From the NCBI GenBank assembly GCA_026023565.1, contig JAPETS010000005.1, forward strand, positions 868,001 to 932,000: a DNA stretch of 64,000 bases. The letters are read 5' to 3'. The notes below the pieces were generated by a model that saw only the letters and a program-made list of their open reading frames with translations, was not told the DNA's origin and searched no databases. Of this stretch, positions 1 through 11,088 are shown in pieces. A program made the translations under genes and the position numbers. The number at the start of each line of letters is the position of its first letter. Position 1 is the first letter of the stretch. This DNA is from Cirrosporium novae-zelandiae. Lineage: Eukaryota.

Positions 1-792
1 CTACACTTTTTGCTATGGAGTTGGGGAAGCTCGGCTGTAGATCGTTTCTAGAGATCGGAGACGTCATCATCCGATCTTCATCTTCATCCGCTAGACTAAT
101 TTGGTCAAAAGGTTAATCTCAGATTATAGATAAAGCTTAACGCATCTACATGTACTTCCTCCACTACCTTATTTGAGATACTGTCCGGTGCTACTGTATA
201 CATGAGCTCTCTTGTCCCCCAGTATAAAGTACCTGCAAAAACAAACCCTTGAAGGTTTCACCACCTTAACGTTCTATCTGGATTGCGCCACTCGCGCCAC
301 GGGTCCAATTGACGTTATTGCCGACATTACATCCGGGTGCCCTGAAAGCTTAGGCTATGACTGGTGGCTTGTACGGACTTATTCCTTAGCTAAAATTTGC
401 ATAGGCATACCGATTCTACCCTCTCGCTATGCCCTCGTGACAGGGTAGCAATATCGTTTTGCCACGGCTTGTATTTGGTGCCACCGTCAATAATACTCTG
501 TTTAAAAACCCAAACTTCGAACTATAACAATACATGATCTAGAATGAGCATAAAATACACTGCCAGGCGATTTCATAGGATTAGGCGAAGACTCTTGATT
601 AAGAGATGACTAGAGAATAAGTAATTGTACGCAGCCTATGATAGGCAATACTGACTATAAAAAGTACACCTCGCCCTATACTAGTGAAGGAAGCCAAGCC
701 TATATGGCTTTCATCAAGGAAACATCTGATGATATCTATCGCATTTAGCCGCATAAAGCGAACCAAACTGTCTCGTTTGGCTTACCGTTCGT

Positions 793-2507
793 CTACCCCC
801 TCTTTTCTGGCTTTCGCCCATATACAAAATAGACCTTATCATACGCATGGATGTCCTTGGATCTTATCTGTTTCATCACCAGATTCTGATTTGCTTTTGC
901 CTTCTCCTCACTCCATCCTAATACTCGAGTGAAGAGTGCTAGACTATAGGATTCCACGGCTCCCTGGAGCTGGATGGACTGATAGCGACCGACTTCTTTC
1001 AGAGTTTTGTCCTGGGGCCACGGACTGTATGGACACTATATTTTCTTTGTCAGGGATTGACTTGAAATGGGGATTATTATTTCCATGGAATAGTAAGCGG
1101 ATGAAATAGGCTTACGATGTACACTTTTTCAACGACATCCTGGAAGCCAGCATCTTCCATCCATCCCTTGAGCTTATGAGCAACTCGCAACGGTATACCG
1201 GCTTGCTCACTAGCCTGAACCATGGAGTGAAGGCTAACGTTACCATTTCAGGGTCAGTGTTTAAAGTAGAAGGTTAAACTCATGGAAGACGCAAGGCTGA
1301 CAATTCCATGTATGGAGTCCCTTCTTTCAGGCTTCCATCATCGCTATAAGTCCAAACACTTCCTGTTGAAAGCACGTTACTAAGCTTTCACGAATGTCTT
1401 GGTGACATCTCCTACCTTCTTGCAACTCAAGGTAGCCACCAGGTTTTGTATGCGTATATGCCTGGGATATGAGCTTTGGCCAGTCTCTGACGGCTCTTTT
1501 TACAGATTGATAATTAGTTCTGTACTCTCGTGGGACTTTAATGACGTACCCTGCAATTGTTCGCCCATGGATGAATTCAAAATAATCAGGCTTATGCGCC
1601 CAATCTTCCTCGAAATCATCAATCACGAATTGACAATTCGGCGGTACCCAATTCGGTTGGATAGGACTGATATCATTGCCCATGACTTCAGCAGAATGAT
1701 GCTTACTGCATTATAAAAATTATTGAAGCCCACTAAGCTGTGCTTACTATCAGGGGCACGCAGGTCGTGCATCATGATCAGGTATTTAGACTTACTCGGC
1801 CATGTCAATAGCCCAGATTCCGGTTCCGGTTCCGAGGTCAAGCACGGTCTTTGGATTGTATAAAGGCGATAGGTAGAGTTCGCCCTTCATTAGGAGAAGA
1901 AAACTAAACACGTTAGAAAACATTCAGCGAGAAATGGGCTACTTAAGACAGCCTACATGTGATGTGTCTATAATAAGCTTGCACGATTTGATCAACAATG
2001 ACACGGGTCTTGCTACAGGATGAGTACTGATCGCCATATATGACCTACAAGATCTAGACGGTTCTGCTCTGCTTCATCGTTTGGGAGCCTTTATTGGTTT
2101 AGTAAATGAACACACTAATTGTCTCAGGGGATAGGCAATTATCAATTCCAAATACAACTACATACATGTATTTGCTACTCTGAATCACTCAAACAATTCA
2201 TCAGCGAGCGGCAATGGACATATTTGGATCAGAGACAAGCACAACGCGAAACGCACTTCATTATAAGCATGATAACGTCGCCCATTTTCATAGACATAAT
2301 TCTTCACGTTCGAGGCGATGGATGTTGTATCAGTGCCAGCATCAGAATAAAAACCCTCGTCCTGCTGGCCTGCTGTCGGCTTCAAAACGTATGAATGCGA
2401 TGGTTAGCCTTTGCTTGGAATATAGGAAGTGATTCAGATGTTGAACATACATCGATAGAAAGGCCTTCAGCAGCATTAGCGAAAACCAAGGTTTGATTCT
2501 GTGGCAT
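793..2507 (-). CDS. LaeA/TAM-like class I SAM-dependent methyltransferase (multi-exon)
   Basis: Manually spliced exons: MPQNQTLVFANAAEGLSID|PTAGQQDEGFYSDAGTDTTSIASNVKNYVYENGRRYHAY; VLDLGTGTGIWAIDMAE (SAM motif I); DISPIQPNWVPPNCQFVIDDFE; KPGGYLELQE; WMEDAGFQDV; PWPQDKTLKEVG; ends VYGRKPEKRG* at 793. Exons are separated by GT..AG introns. Confidence 0.9.
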
Positions 2508-3506
2508 GACGAGATGAAAAAAGCCTTATCGCAGATTATAATTAGTTGTAATGAATTGAGTTTCGTTTTGACGGGGTTTGAGTGTTGGAGAATTGTGGGG
2601 GGTAGACGAACAAGAGGTCGGAGGTGGTGGCTGGTGGAACCAAGCAAGGTTTGGCCCGAAGGATCCAATGGGATCTTATTCCTTGAGTCGAAATGTTCTA
2701 CGAAGTACAGTACATTGAAATAACGCTGCATACTTGAGTACTATCAGTCGAAGTTTAGTTGTTATCTAAACACTAAAAGTAGAAAGAGCCCTCATTAATG
2801 TAAATTAGATTGAATTGGTGTCTCGGCCAAAGGAATCACGAAGTTCTTGGACGATAAATTGGAAGTTTTCATGGATTAATTTAGTACGGGAGGGAGGGAA
2901 ACTTGGTTCTTTTGAAGAAGGGGGTAAGTAATTAAATGTGTTGAAAGATCCCTAACTTATACCAGAAAATTAATAAATCAGAGAGCACTTCACGAATGCA
3001 CTGAACACTGACCGTACTGGCTACCTACCTACTGTAGGTAGGGATACCCGTATGGACCTTCATGCTTTACAACTCACTCATTCTACTCCTAAGACACCTA
3101 TTGCCGGTTCAACACCTATTGAATATTCATACTCAAGATGGAAACGATGCGATAGGTTTCCAAAAATGGTATATATATTTGAATATGAATAATCGTTATC
3201 TCTATTATAGCTAAGCCAACTAATCGTTTTCAACTTATATTAAAATCTCTCATATTTATCATGAATAAAATTATAAAAAAAATATATAACTCTATCAATA
3301 GTGTCCTCAGTATATGGAGTTCACCAAGCTCACCAATAAGCCCATTGATTTGATACAGGGGTTGAACCACCAATCAACCCAAGAATGGAGACAGCTGAAT
3401 CAGGCCTGCATGAGCCTAAGAGAACCCCTCAGAATCACACTTGATTGAAACCAAGGTAAGGCTCCAAAGCACATAACGACTACAATCCAAAACCTCAAAA
3501 ATCAAA

Positions 3507-4130
3507 ATGGCCGACAAAATCAAGAACTACTTCCTAGCTCTAAGCTGGGATGACCCCCCAAACGGCCCCATAGGCTCTCGGAAATATCGTCCGGGCCCCA
3601 GACAAAACTGTGCCGCCTCTATCCGCACACACACACCCCGATTCCGACATACCCATAAACCTCTGCTCCTCAAAGACCGGGGTATACTGGTCCCCGGGCC
3701 AAGACCATCGAAGGGAGCTTCGGCGTGTGGGCGGAGTTCCTTCAATTGCTCGGAGTAGGCGTCGACATCGGAGTAGATTTTAAGGACACACTGATGACAG
3801 AATATACCAGTTCGAGCGCATGGATCCAGAAGAGTTCTTTCCGGATGAAGAGGCGATTCGGAAAAGAATGGCGAGCTCGGCTGTGAAGAATTCTATTGAG
3901 AAGAGTAGATTCAGAAAGGGGGTTTATATGATTGTGGGGATTAAGATGGTTGCCCGGGCCTAAGGTGAAGAGTATGGTGAAGTATATGACTGGGAGGAGG
4001 AGAGATGAGATGTCTTTTGAAGGGTCCACGGACTTTGTGTTTGCTTTTCGGTTGAGAAAGGTGAAGGGTCAATCAGAAAGGATGAGGTGAAATAGGATTG
4101 ACTATAGGAAAGATACTTTGCTTGGGGATC
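3507..4130 (+). pseudogene. Fungal gasdermin-like (HET-Q1/RCD-1 family) pore-forming cell-death protein, frameshifted
   Basis: Reading across frameshifts (~3573, ~3693, ~3790, ~3954) gives NYFLALSWDDPPNGPIALGNIVRAPDK...GSFGVWAEFLQLLGVGVDIGVDF...YQFERMDPEEFFPDEEAIRKRMASSAVKNSIEKSRFRKGVYMIVGIKMV...SFEGSTDFVFAFRLRKVK. The I.LG.(I/V), (Y/F)(M/V)(I/V).G(I/V) and FA(Y/F)R(L/V)R motifs match fungal gasdermins. Confidence 0.75.
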
Positions 4131-4261
4131 AGGGTAGACGAGGTCCCTATTTTTTCTGAGACGTTTACTAGGCTTGGGCTTAAGGGATCGAGGGAGATGC
4201 TTCAGCGGAGAATTTTGGGTTGGAGGAGGTGGTAGCCTCGAAGTCTTTTCTAACTGCGTAG

Positions 4262-4350
4262 CAGAGGGAAGGGAATGGGTCCAACCAGACTAAGCTTTTT
4301 CATAGACCGACCAGACCGTGGGCAATCAAGGCCTATTTGGTCTATCGCGT
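4262..4350 (+). mobile_element. Solo left end of hAT-type MITE
   Basis: CAGAGGGAAGGGAATGG...CCAGACTAAGCTTTTTCATAGACCGACCAGACC...CTATTTGGTCTAT is closely similar to the left end of the element at 8247. Confidence 0.65.
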
Positions 4351-4929
4351 ATATATCTATATAACTATATAGGTTACCTAAGGTATATTTAGAATACTTA
4401 AGATATTACTGGTAGAATTATAGATTAGATAGCAGATTAGATAAGGTCGCGTAACGGGGGGGGGGGGGATACGATAAGGAGTGATGATGATGACGATGAA
4501 TATAGGGGTTGAAAAAATCTTTTTGTCCGCATGTCGCCCCTTTTGGTCATGGCGGATGAGATGGACTCCTAAGGAAGGCCTTCCAGACGAAAAGAATTTT
4601 ATTTAAAGGCCTCAGAAACATTTTTTTTTCTTATGAGTTTCGCTTATTTTGGAACCCGAGTGCCAGTAGACTAACAACCACCTCGACCTCCCCCTTCCGA
4701 CTGAGATTAGAATCTTAGAATGAGATGTCTAGGCAAATTGTCAGTCCTGATTTCGGTAGCGAAGTCGATATTACATCTTCAAGCACTATATCTCCCCGCG
4801 ATCGATTTGCTACACTTCGGTTTGAGAAAGTTTCATGCGGTAAAATGATAAATCCAAAACCATCGGATGGATTCTCACAGAGTTAGAGCACGTTTACTTT
4901 GGCTAGGTTAACATAACCAAATGAATTAA

Positions 4930-5981
4930 TTAATTGTCCATGTAACAGTTAGCTAAAGCATACTTAATATCCTCTCGAATCTTGCTCGGTGGAAACCTAC
5001 GAAAGTACTGAAAAGGCGCAATCAAATCATACCCATCTCTCTGCCTGTTGCATTCTACAAACAACCGAAAAAGAGAGGTGATACCCTCGTACCTTTTAAG
5101 CTCGTCGGACGTATTCAAGTTTGGAATCTCTTGCTGTGCATATCCAATAATAAAAGCTGCCAAGGCAATGGCAACTGGGACTGCAAACGAAGTCCCTGTC
5201 ATACGTCTGCTCGCTCCTGCTACTCTAGCATCGGGCCAGCAAGATTTAATGTGCTGGCCTAGAATACTAAAGTTTTCATGGAGTCTTGTCGGGGATGGAT
5301 TACACTGCGATTTGTTGCCATTTGAATCGGTCGAATGTATGCAAATCACTCCATGCTGTGAAGCAGGAAAAGTCCTCGGCGAGTTCCCTCCGTCGTTTGA
5401 TGCTGCAGCGAAGACGATCTTGCCGTTATACACTACCTCTTTGATCTCGTCCCGAATCTGGGAGATTTCTTCTTGGAAACCGAAAGACATTGTAATCATG
5501 TCCACTTTCCAAGTCCTCTACGAATATTTAAACGCCTGTGTCCTGTAAGAATGTCTGAATAGCTTAGGATAGGATTCCACATTACATTTAAGATCTGCTC
5601 GATATCATCGAGCTCGCGGGTTTTAGTTACTCGAGCATTGTAGATATCTACATTTGGTGCCAGATCAAGGATGATTCCTGCTATGTGAGTTCCATGGCCC
5701 GAGAGGTCCCCGCCACGTTTTTCTTCCACAGCCTTATGGATCACTTCTGCTCCATTACCCGTCGCACCAGCGCTCTTTAGCTTTCCTAGATGCTTATACA
5801 ACAGTATTGTAGCAGTTTGGAAACTCGAGATAAGACTCCCAAAGCCTCCATCTGGTTTCTTGGTTTTCACTTTCAGGAGCTCGGTAAGTTTATGGGTGCT
5901 GGGAAGAATGGTGAGGAGGAGCTCCAGAGTTTCTTGGGTCCCTGAGAAGGATTGTGGCTTCGTGGTAGGTATATCTGCCAT
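4930..5981 (-). pseudogene. Subtilisin-like S8 serine protease (HET-Q2-like), degenerate
   Basis: Has GHGTHIAG (catalytic His), FAAASNDG (oxyanion Asn) and GTSFAVP (catalytic Ser). There is an intron at ~5536-5585 and an in-frame TAG at 5518-5520 (AFKYS*RTWKVDMITMSFG). No catalytic-Asp (xILDTG) motif is seen upstream. Confidence 0.8.
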
Positions 5982-6254
5982 GCAGGACTAACGGACTGCA
6001 ACGGTGATAGCAAAACCACGAGACGAAGTTCATCTATCTCAGCCTCACTTCGAAGGTAAAGGTAGCAAGCCGCAAGCTATCGGGATTAATGTTCAGCCTG
6101 ACTATCACACCTTAAAGGTGGGGCACAAAAGAGGAATATCCAATCAATATCCTCAGCTAGACCGCTCACCTAGCCTTCTGAATTACTAAAACGGTCGAGA
6201 AATTCATTTCATGTTGGACATCATAGCATTCAACCGCTTTTGAATATCTATCTG

Positions 6255-8202
6255 ATGGCAACAAACGGAGCCGGCCCTACGATAGCTGGTAAGGCAACTG
6301 GGTGTCGCGACTTCTCTTTTAACTGTCACGAGTTGCTTAGGGTGAGCAACAGTGCGCAATATTGGACGAGCCTGCTAGACCAACTCGGGCGATTTCAAAT
6401 CTGGTCTTCAAATATTGGTGTCTTTTCAGACCTTCGTGTATCACTAGATTATCGATTTAGAGATGTCTCAGATGTCCGAAATTTGATACTCCAGCTCCTC
6501 ACGAGTATTAATGATTGTCTTCGACAGTGTAAGCACCTATAGTCCATCATTGTGTATCCAGCTCACAGTACTTCAGTGAAAGAACACTGCCATATTGAAC
6601 CATTAGCCTCTTCTGACAAAGCTCAGGTAGCTTGTGATTTGGATATAGCAGCCGGCGGCTTCAAGTATTGACTGGCTTCATCGCCTATCAAATTCAACCT
6701 GTAAAGCCAGCTCCTTGGGTCAGAATGAACGAGCCAAAAAGGTTCTCCTTACTGATCCGGCTGATACATCGAAGGATCTTACGCCTGAATGGATATACTT
6801 GTATTCAGGAATGATAAAGAGAGAATTTCTAGCTCTCATTGAAAATCTTCGAACGCGCTTGGCCCACAGTATGGTGTTAAGGCGTAAAAGAATAATGTAC
6901 TGGCAGTCCAGATGCCAACGATGGAGAATTCACCAAGAGTTCTATCTCCAAAAAGCTCCGAAAAAAATACACGTACCTCGGATTGCTCCCAAGGCGAGCT
7001 TTGGTGGTCCCAAAAAGGCACAAGAGGTTAAACCTCTAGCACAACGTATATATGCTCCCTCACAACTCACCGCCACCATACTTCAGCCTAAGCGACTGAA
7101 GAAAACAAAAACCCAATCCACAGTTTCATCCGCTCTCACAACGCCCTTGAAGAATCAAGATAAGACTATCATCCCCCCCCCCCCGCCGTATACCGCAAGA
7201 ACAGGAAAGGACTTTGTGTGTGACTCTGTTGTATCATACTTAAGTGTGTTGAGGATTTGAATGCGCATAAATGGCCGTGAGTTTGTTCGAAGAGCTCCCT
7301 TGAACAGCTGCCAAAATCCATAGAGACAACATGTGTAGAAAGATCTTGATCTATACGTCTGTTTATTGGATCCCTGCGATACTTCTCTAGAGCCGTACTC
7401 CCAAGCAAGGAATAGCTCGAACACATGCGAACGGAGCATGCCATAAGGTGGGACTGTGGTGCACGAGACCATGATCCCTCGGTCTTTTTCTCGCAGGAAG
7501 AATTCAAAACCCATATGCAAACTAACCACCCGGGGATATTTGAGGACGAGATTCTAGATTATATTGCGGCAAGCAGTGTTCGTCCTCTGGAGAACGTGTT
7601 CAATGAAGACGGCCCTTTTTGTGGCGAGCCACCGATGAATGTGACTATGCACATTGGTGACCATCTAAAATACCTAGCTTTCTATACACTCCCGTCTTTT
7701 GAGGAAAACAATAACAACGCAGACCAAAAAAGTTTTTCAATATAGCAACAGCTTTTTAAACGAATCTCGTGGCACTATTAAACGACCAGTGTTTTCTGTT
7801 GACGAACTCCTTTGGGATCATTCAGACTTTCCGGAAATTACATATAGTGCAGAAGCACTTACATTTGACCCATCAGTGCCGGACGAAGAAGTGCCAGAAA
7901 TATATCTTCAGCTTCCCGGTAATAGATTGGGAAATTGGTGGGGCATTCTTGCCACTGATCAGAAGCATAAACGACTAGATATGAACGACACAGCCTACGA
8001 TAAGATCATCTCCTTTCTTTATAACGTCGGTGCTCGGTATTCTCACCTTCAGCAACCTAGCGGCTTTCCATCAGCTGGGTACTGGTTCTTTTTGATAATA
8101 AAGGTAATTTCATACCTATATCGTTTCGTAAAACAAGATGATGGATTAACCAAAGCTAGAGGCGCGAAATATATTGACCAGGTCGGTTCAGGGAAGAATT
8201 GA
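6255..8202 (+). pseudogene. Degenerate fungal protein with N-terminal helical domain (RFxIWxxNIG...SLDYRF) and C2H2-type Zn fingers
   Basis: Pieces in different frames: LGRFQIWSSNIGVFSDLRVSLDYRFRD; LRTRLAHSMVLRRKRIMY; IIPPPP..GKDFVC; HMRTEHAIRWDC; FKTHMQTNH; PFCG..HIGDHLKYLAFYTLP. Several frameshifts; the 3' end is cut by a MITE. Confidence 0.65.
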
Positions 8203-8246
8203 GAGAAGCAGACGGTACAATGTGTTAAAGAGATGGAAAAGGTGCA

Positions 8247-8621
8247 CAGCGAAGGGAATTGACTAGACGGACTAGACTAGACTAAGCTTTTCTATAGACT
8301 AACCAGACCTTGATTACTTAAGGTCTATTTGGTCTATATAAATACGAATTATAGGGTGAGAGGCATATTTTGGGGGGTGTTGAAATTTGTTGGGCATCGG
8401 AACTCGGTATTTTATTTCGTATAGTAATCATATCACGTAGAGATAAGATAACGTATTATAAATATAGGTGTAAATTCTTTTCCGCGTTCCGTGCGGCCTG
8501 TGTTATATAATTGTATTATATGACCAGATAGTCTATAGACCGACCAGGCCGAGCCTCTCCGTCTGTAGACCGGCCAGACCGAACCCCATGGTCTGGTCGG
8601 TCTGGTCCATTCCCTACCCTG
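8247..8621. mobile_element. hAT-type MITE (~375 bp), no TSD
   Basis: Imperfect TIRs CAGCGAAGGGAATTGACTAGAC / GTCTGGTCCATTCCCTACCCTG, subterminal AGACC/GGTCT repeats and an AT-rich core. Confidence 0.75.
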
Positions 8622-9315
8622 TCGGTTATGGGAACGATTTCAGAGAATTGGATATTTGGCCAATCTTGAAGAGGCTATCCGTATTGGAAAAATAATCGTT
8701 GGTATTGTTTCTGATGATTATCCCGATCGGGCTATGTATCTAAATAATCTAAGCGTTTGGTTATGGGAACGATTTTAGAGAACTAGACAGTTTGCGGATT
8801 TTGAAGAGGCTATCCGTATTGGAAAACTACCCATAAGCTATAACAGCCATTCCTCTCGACAACCTTGGCCTAGCTTACCTATTAAAAAATCTTAGAACCT
8901 TGCTCTATAATCGATTTGAGCAGACTGGATCAATTGAAGATGTAAATCGAGCCATCGAAATTACCGATGAAGCATTAAAATCCACACCTTCTAACCATCC
9001 TAACCAAGTTAGCCGATTGAATAAATTTAGAACTTGGCTCAGTCGGCGATTTGAAAAGACTGGAACGATAAGCGATCTTAACCGGGCGACTGAGGTTGTT
9101 AATATAGCAATTCAGGAAACCCCTTTAGATCACCCAGAACGACCTAATCGTTTGAGCAGCTTGTCACGGATAGAAAGCTTCAGGGAAAGGGTCAAGGAAA
9201 GTCAAAGGGACTAAGCCTAAGTAGTAGTGCAAAAAGCATGCGGATATGAGCGCTGAGATAGGTGTGGCGGGAAGTATGTCAAAGGTTATCATAACATGGG
9301 AAGTTCCTTATAGCA
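8622..9315 (+). pseudogene. Fragment of TPR-repeat protein of the type found in fungal TPR-CHAT (caspase-like) proteins
   Basis: About 45-aa repeats: RLWERFQRIGYLANLEEAIRIG..DDYPDRAMYLNNLS; RFEQTGSIEDVNRAIEI..TPSNHPNQVSRLN; RFEKTGTISDLNRA..TPLDHPERPNRLSSL. A CAG>TAG stop lies at 8776. No start codon and no CHAT domain are seen. Confidence 0.7.
9162..9296. mobile_element. Possible degenerate solo-LTR-like insertion in the TPR fragment
   Basis: Begins TGTCACG and ends CATAACA (a G>A decayed CGTGACA). Removing it restores RLSSL-GSSL. No TSD is visible. Confidence 0.35.
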
Positions 9316-10553
9316 ATGAGAGAGAGAGAGAAAAAAAGGGAAAAACTAGCTTTTCAGTTTAATATATTACTTACTTGCAGGTCCTAAAATTGGGGCACAG
9401 TTAACGCTACGGCAACGTACAAGTAAAGCTTCCAGAGTTGCTACTGTACATATATCTACGCTATCCGTATTACCAATCCTTGACACACACAGATAAGTCT
9501 GCTGCCAAAGCAAAAAAAAAAAATACGACGTTGTTGTTGTTGTTGTCGTTCGTAATAGCAGTGTAGTAACAAATCCACCATAAGCAAATGTATAGTACAG
9601 TATATTTAACATGTATATGAGGTTGCGAATTTGATATCATAAGTACTATAAAGCTAAACATCAGGGGGGCCGGGAGGGTGAAGGATTCCTCCTTTGAAGA
9701 AGCAGGGGATTGTGACTTGTTTTTTTTTCATAATTATTACCTGTTCAGGAGGGGATGAAGTATTGTAGTTGTAGTTGTAGTGGTACTGAGTAGTTGTCAG
9801 GTTCAGAATGACCTCTGATTTTCGCCTTAATTACTGTAAGAAGGTCGACTACACTCACTCCTTCGTGTGGGGGTTTCTTGTCACAGGTATTATTGTATAC
9901 TGACTAGGCTTAAGGAGATGGATCCTTAGAAAACATCGATATTGCGTATCATATCTGTAGAGTATTGTAGGCGTAATAGTAGAGTGGGGTATTTGCCGTT
10001 CTTAATCCATCGTGTTGCCTACGCCTACCTGTAAAAGCTCATAGACCTTAGATGTAAAAGGATGTACCATTAGGTATTCTCGCCTAAGCCGGGAAGTAAA
10101 AGCCTATCTATCTAAAAGCTTATCTTAAGACTAAGAATAATCATAGCGTTTAGCCCCCAACACAACCACACACACACACACACACATTCTCTCTCTCTCT
10201 AGGGAAGTACCCGGGCCTTAAAATTCCACCAAGTCCTGAATACAATGTTGGGAAGGAAAATTGGAAATAGAATAATGGCTATGCAAGGGACTAAGGGGCT
10301 AAGGGATGCGAGTGATGGATGGTTATATGTGAGGTGAATAGTGTTTTATAGGGATGGATCTGTTAGTGGTGTTAGCTTGGCTGGATGGGCGAGGTAAAGG
10401 ACTGGAAGGTACCTAATTAAGTATATTTTCCATAACATGTACGCAAAGTACAAGTACAAAATCCCTGTAAAAAAAACAAAACCCCGTTTTTCGCCTAACC
10501 GCTCGCTCACTCACTGCAATCACTTAAAATCAACCACCAAAGCAAAAAAAAAA

Positions 10554-10672
10554 ACATACAACAGCCGGTATTCGCTGGTCGTCACCGACCCAACTACTAA
10601 CCGGCCGGTCTCAAGTTTATGTATGGCAGAGCGGACGGGATGCCCAGTTCTCTTGAGCCTGTGGTCGTATGT
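10554..10672 (-). rRNA. Dispersed 5S rRNA gene
   Basis: 119 nt, ACATACGACCACAGG...GCATCCCGTCCGCTCTGCCAT...TTAGTAGTTGGGTCGGTGACGACCAGCGAATACCGGCTGTTGTATGT. The ends are complementary, a T-run Pol III terminator follows, and an AT-rich element lies about -25 to -30 upstream. Confidence 0.97.
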
Positions 10673-11088
10673 GCTGGATGTAGGCTTTGTTGGGGTATAT
10701 GTATGATTAATTGATTTGGGATTTGGGATTTGGGATTTTGGTAAGGAGGGGGGAGGGAGAGAAAAGAGGGGAGGGCAAAATCGGGGAGTTTATTACTGAC
10801 TGTATTTATAGTTAGATACATGGTATTTGGGCCCCTGGTATTTCTTAATTTTGAATTATAAGTTTTGAGGATTATCGTATTTCACTAATGCTTTTTTTTG
10901 GGGGGGGCATTCCAAATAATAACATTCCGTTCCTCGCTAAGATCCATCTTGGCCCGAAAGGAGACTCATTAATCTCATGTCCTGACTGAGCCTATCTTGG
11001 ACCCAACCTACTAGGTTCCAAGAAAATACTATTATAAACTCCATTAGGTATTCGATTCAAGAAAGAATATTCCTTGGACATTCGCTAA

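Noticed and set aside
2342..2731. Apparent frameshift at the methyltransferase 5' end
   Set aside because: It is explained by a GTATGT..GCTAAC..AAG intron, and the spliced frame is open from the ATG at 2507.
3742..4029. Minus-strand 95-aa ORF and the 83-aa ORF at 3507 as real genes
   Set aside because: They are a shadow ORF and an out-of-frame piece of the frameshifted gasdermin-like gene.
8520..8621. CRISPR-like or regularly spaced repeats (AGACC motifs)
   Set aside because: The context is eukaryotic, and the motifs are 5-mers within MITE subterminal regions with no repeat-spacer structure.
9370..10150. Decayed coding relic on the minus strand
   Set aside because: The fragments are stop-rich and look mutationally decayed, but I cannot assign any family by eye.
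10437..10706. 89-aa ORF containing KTYNSRYSLVVT
   Set aside because: It is the antisense translation of the 5S rRNA gene, a well-known spurious protein.
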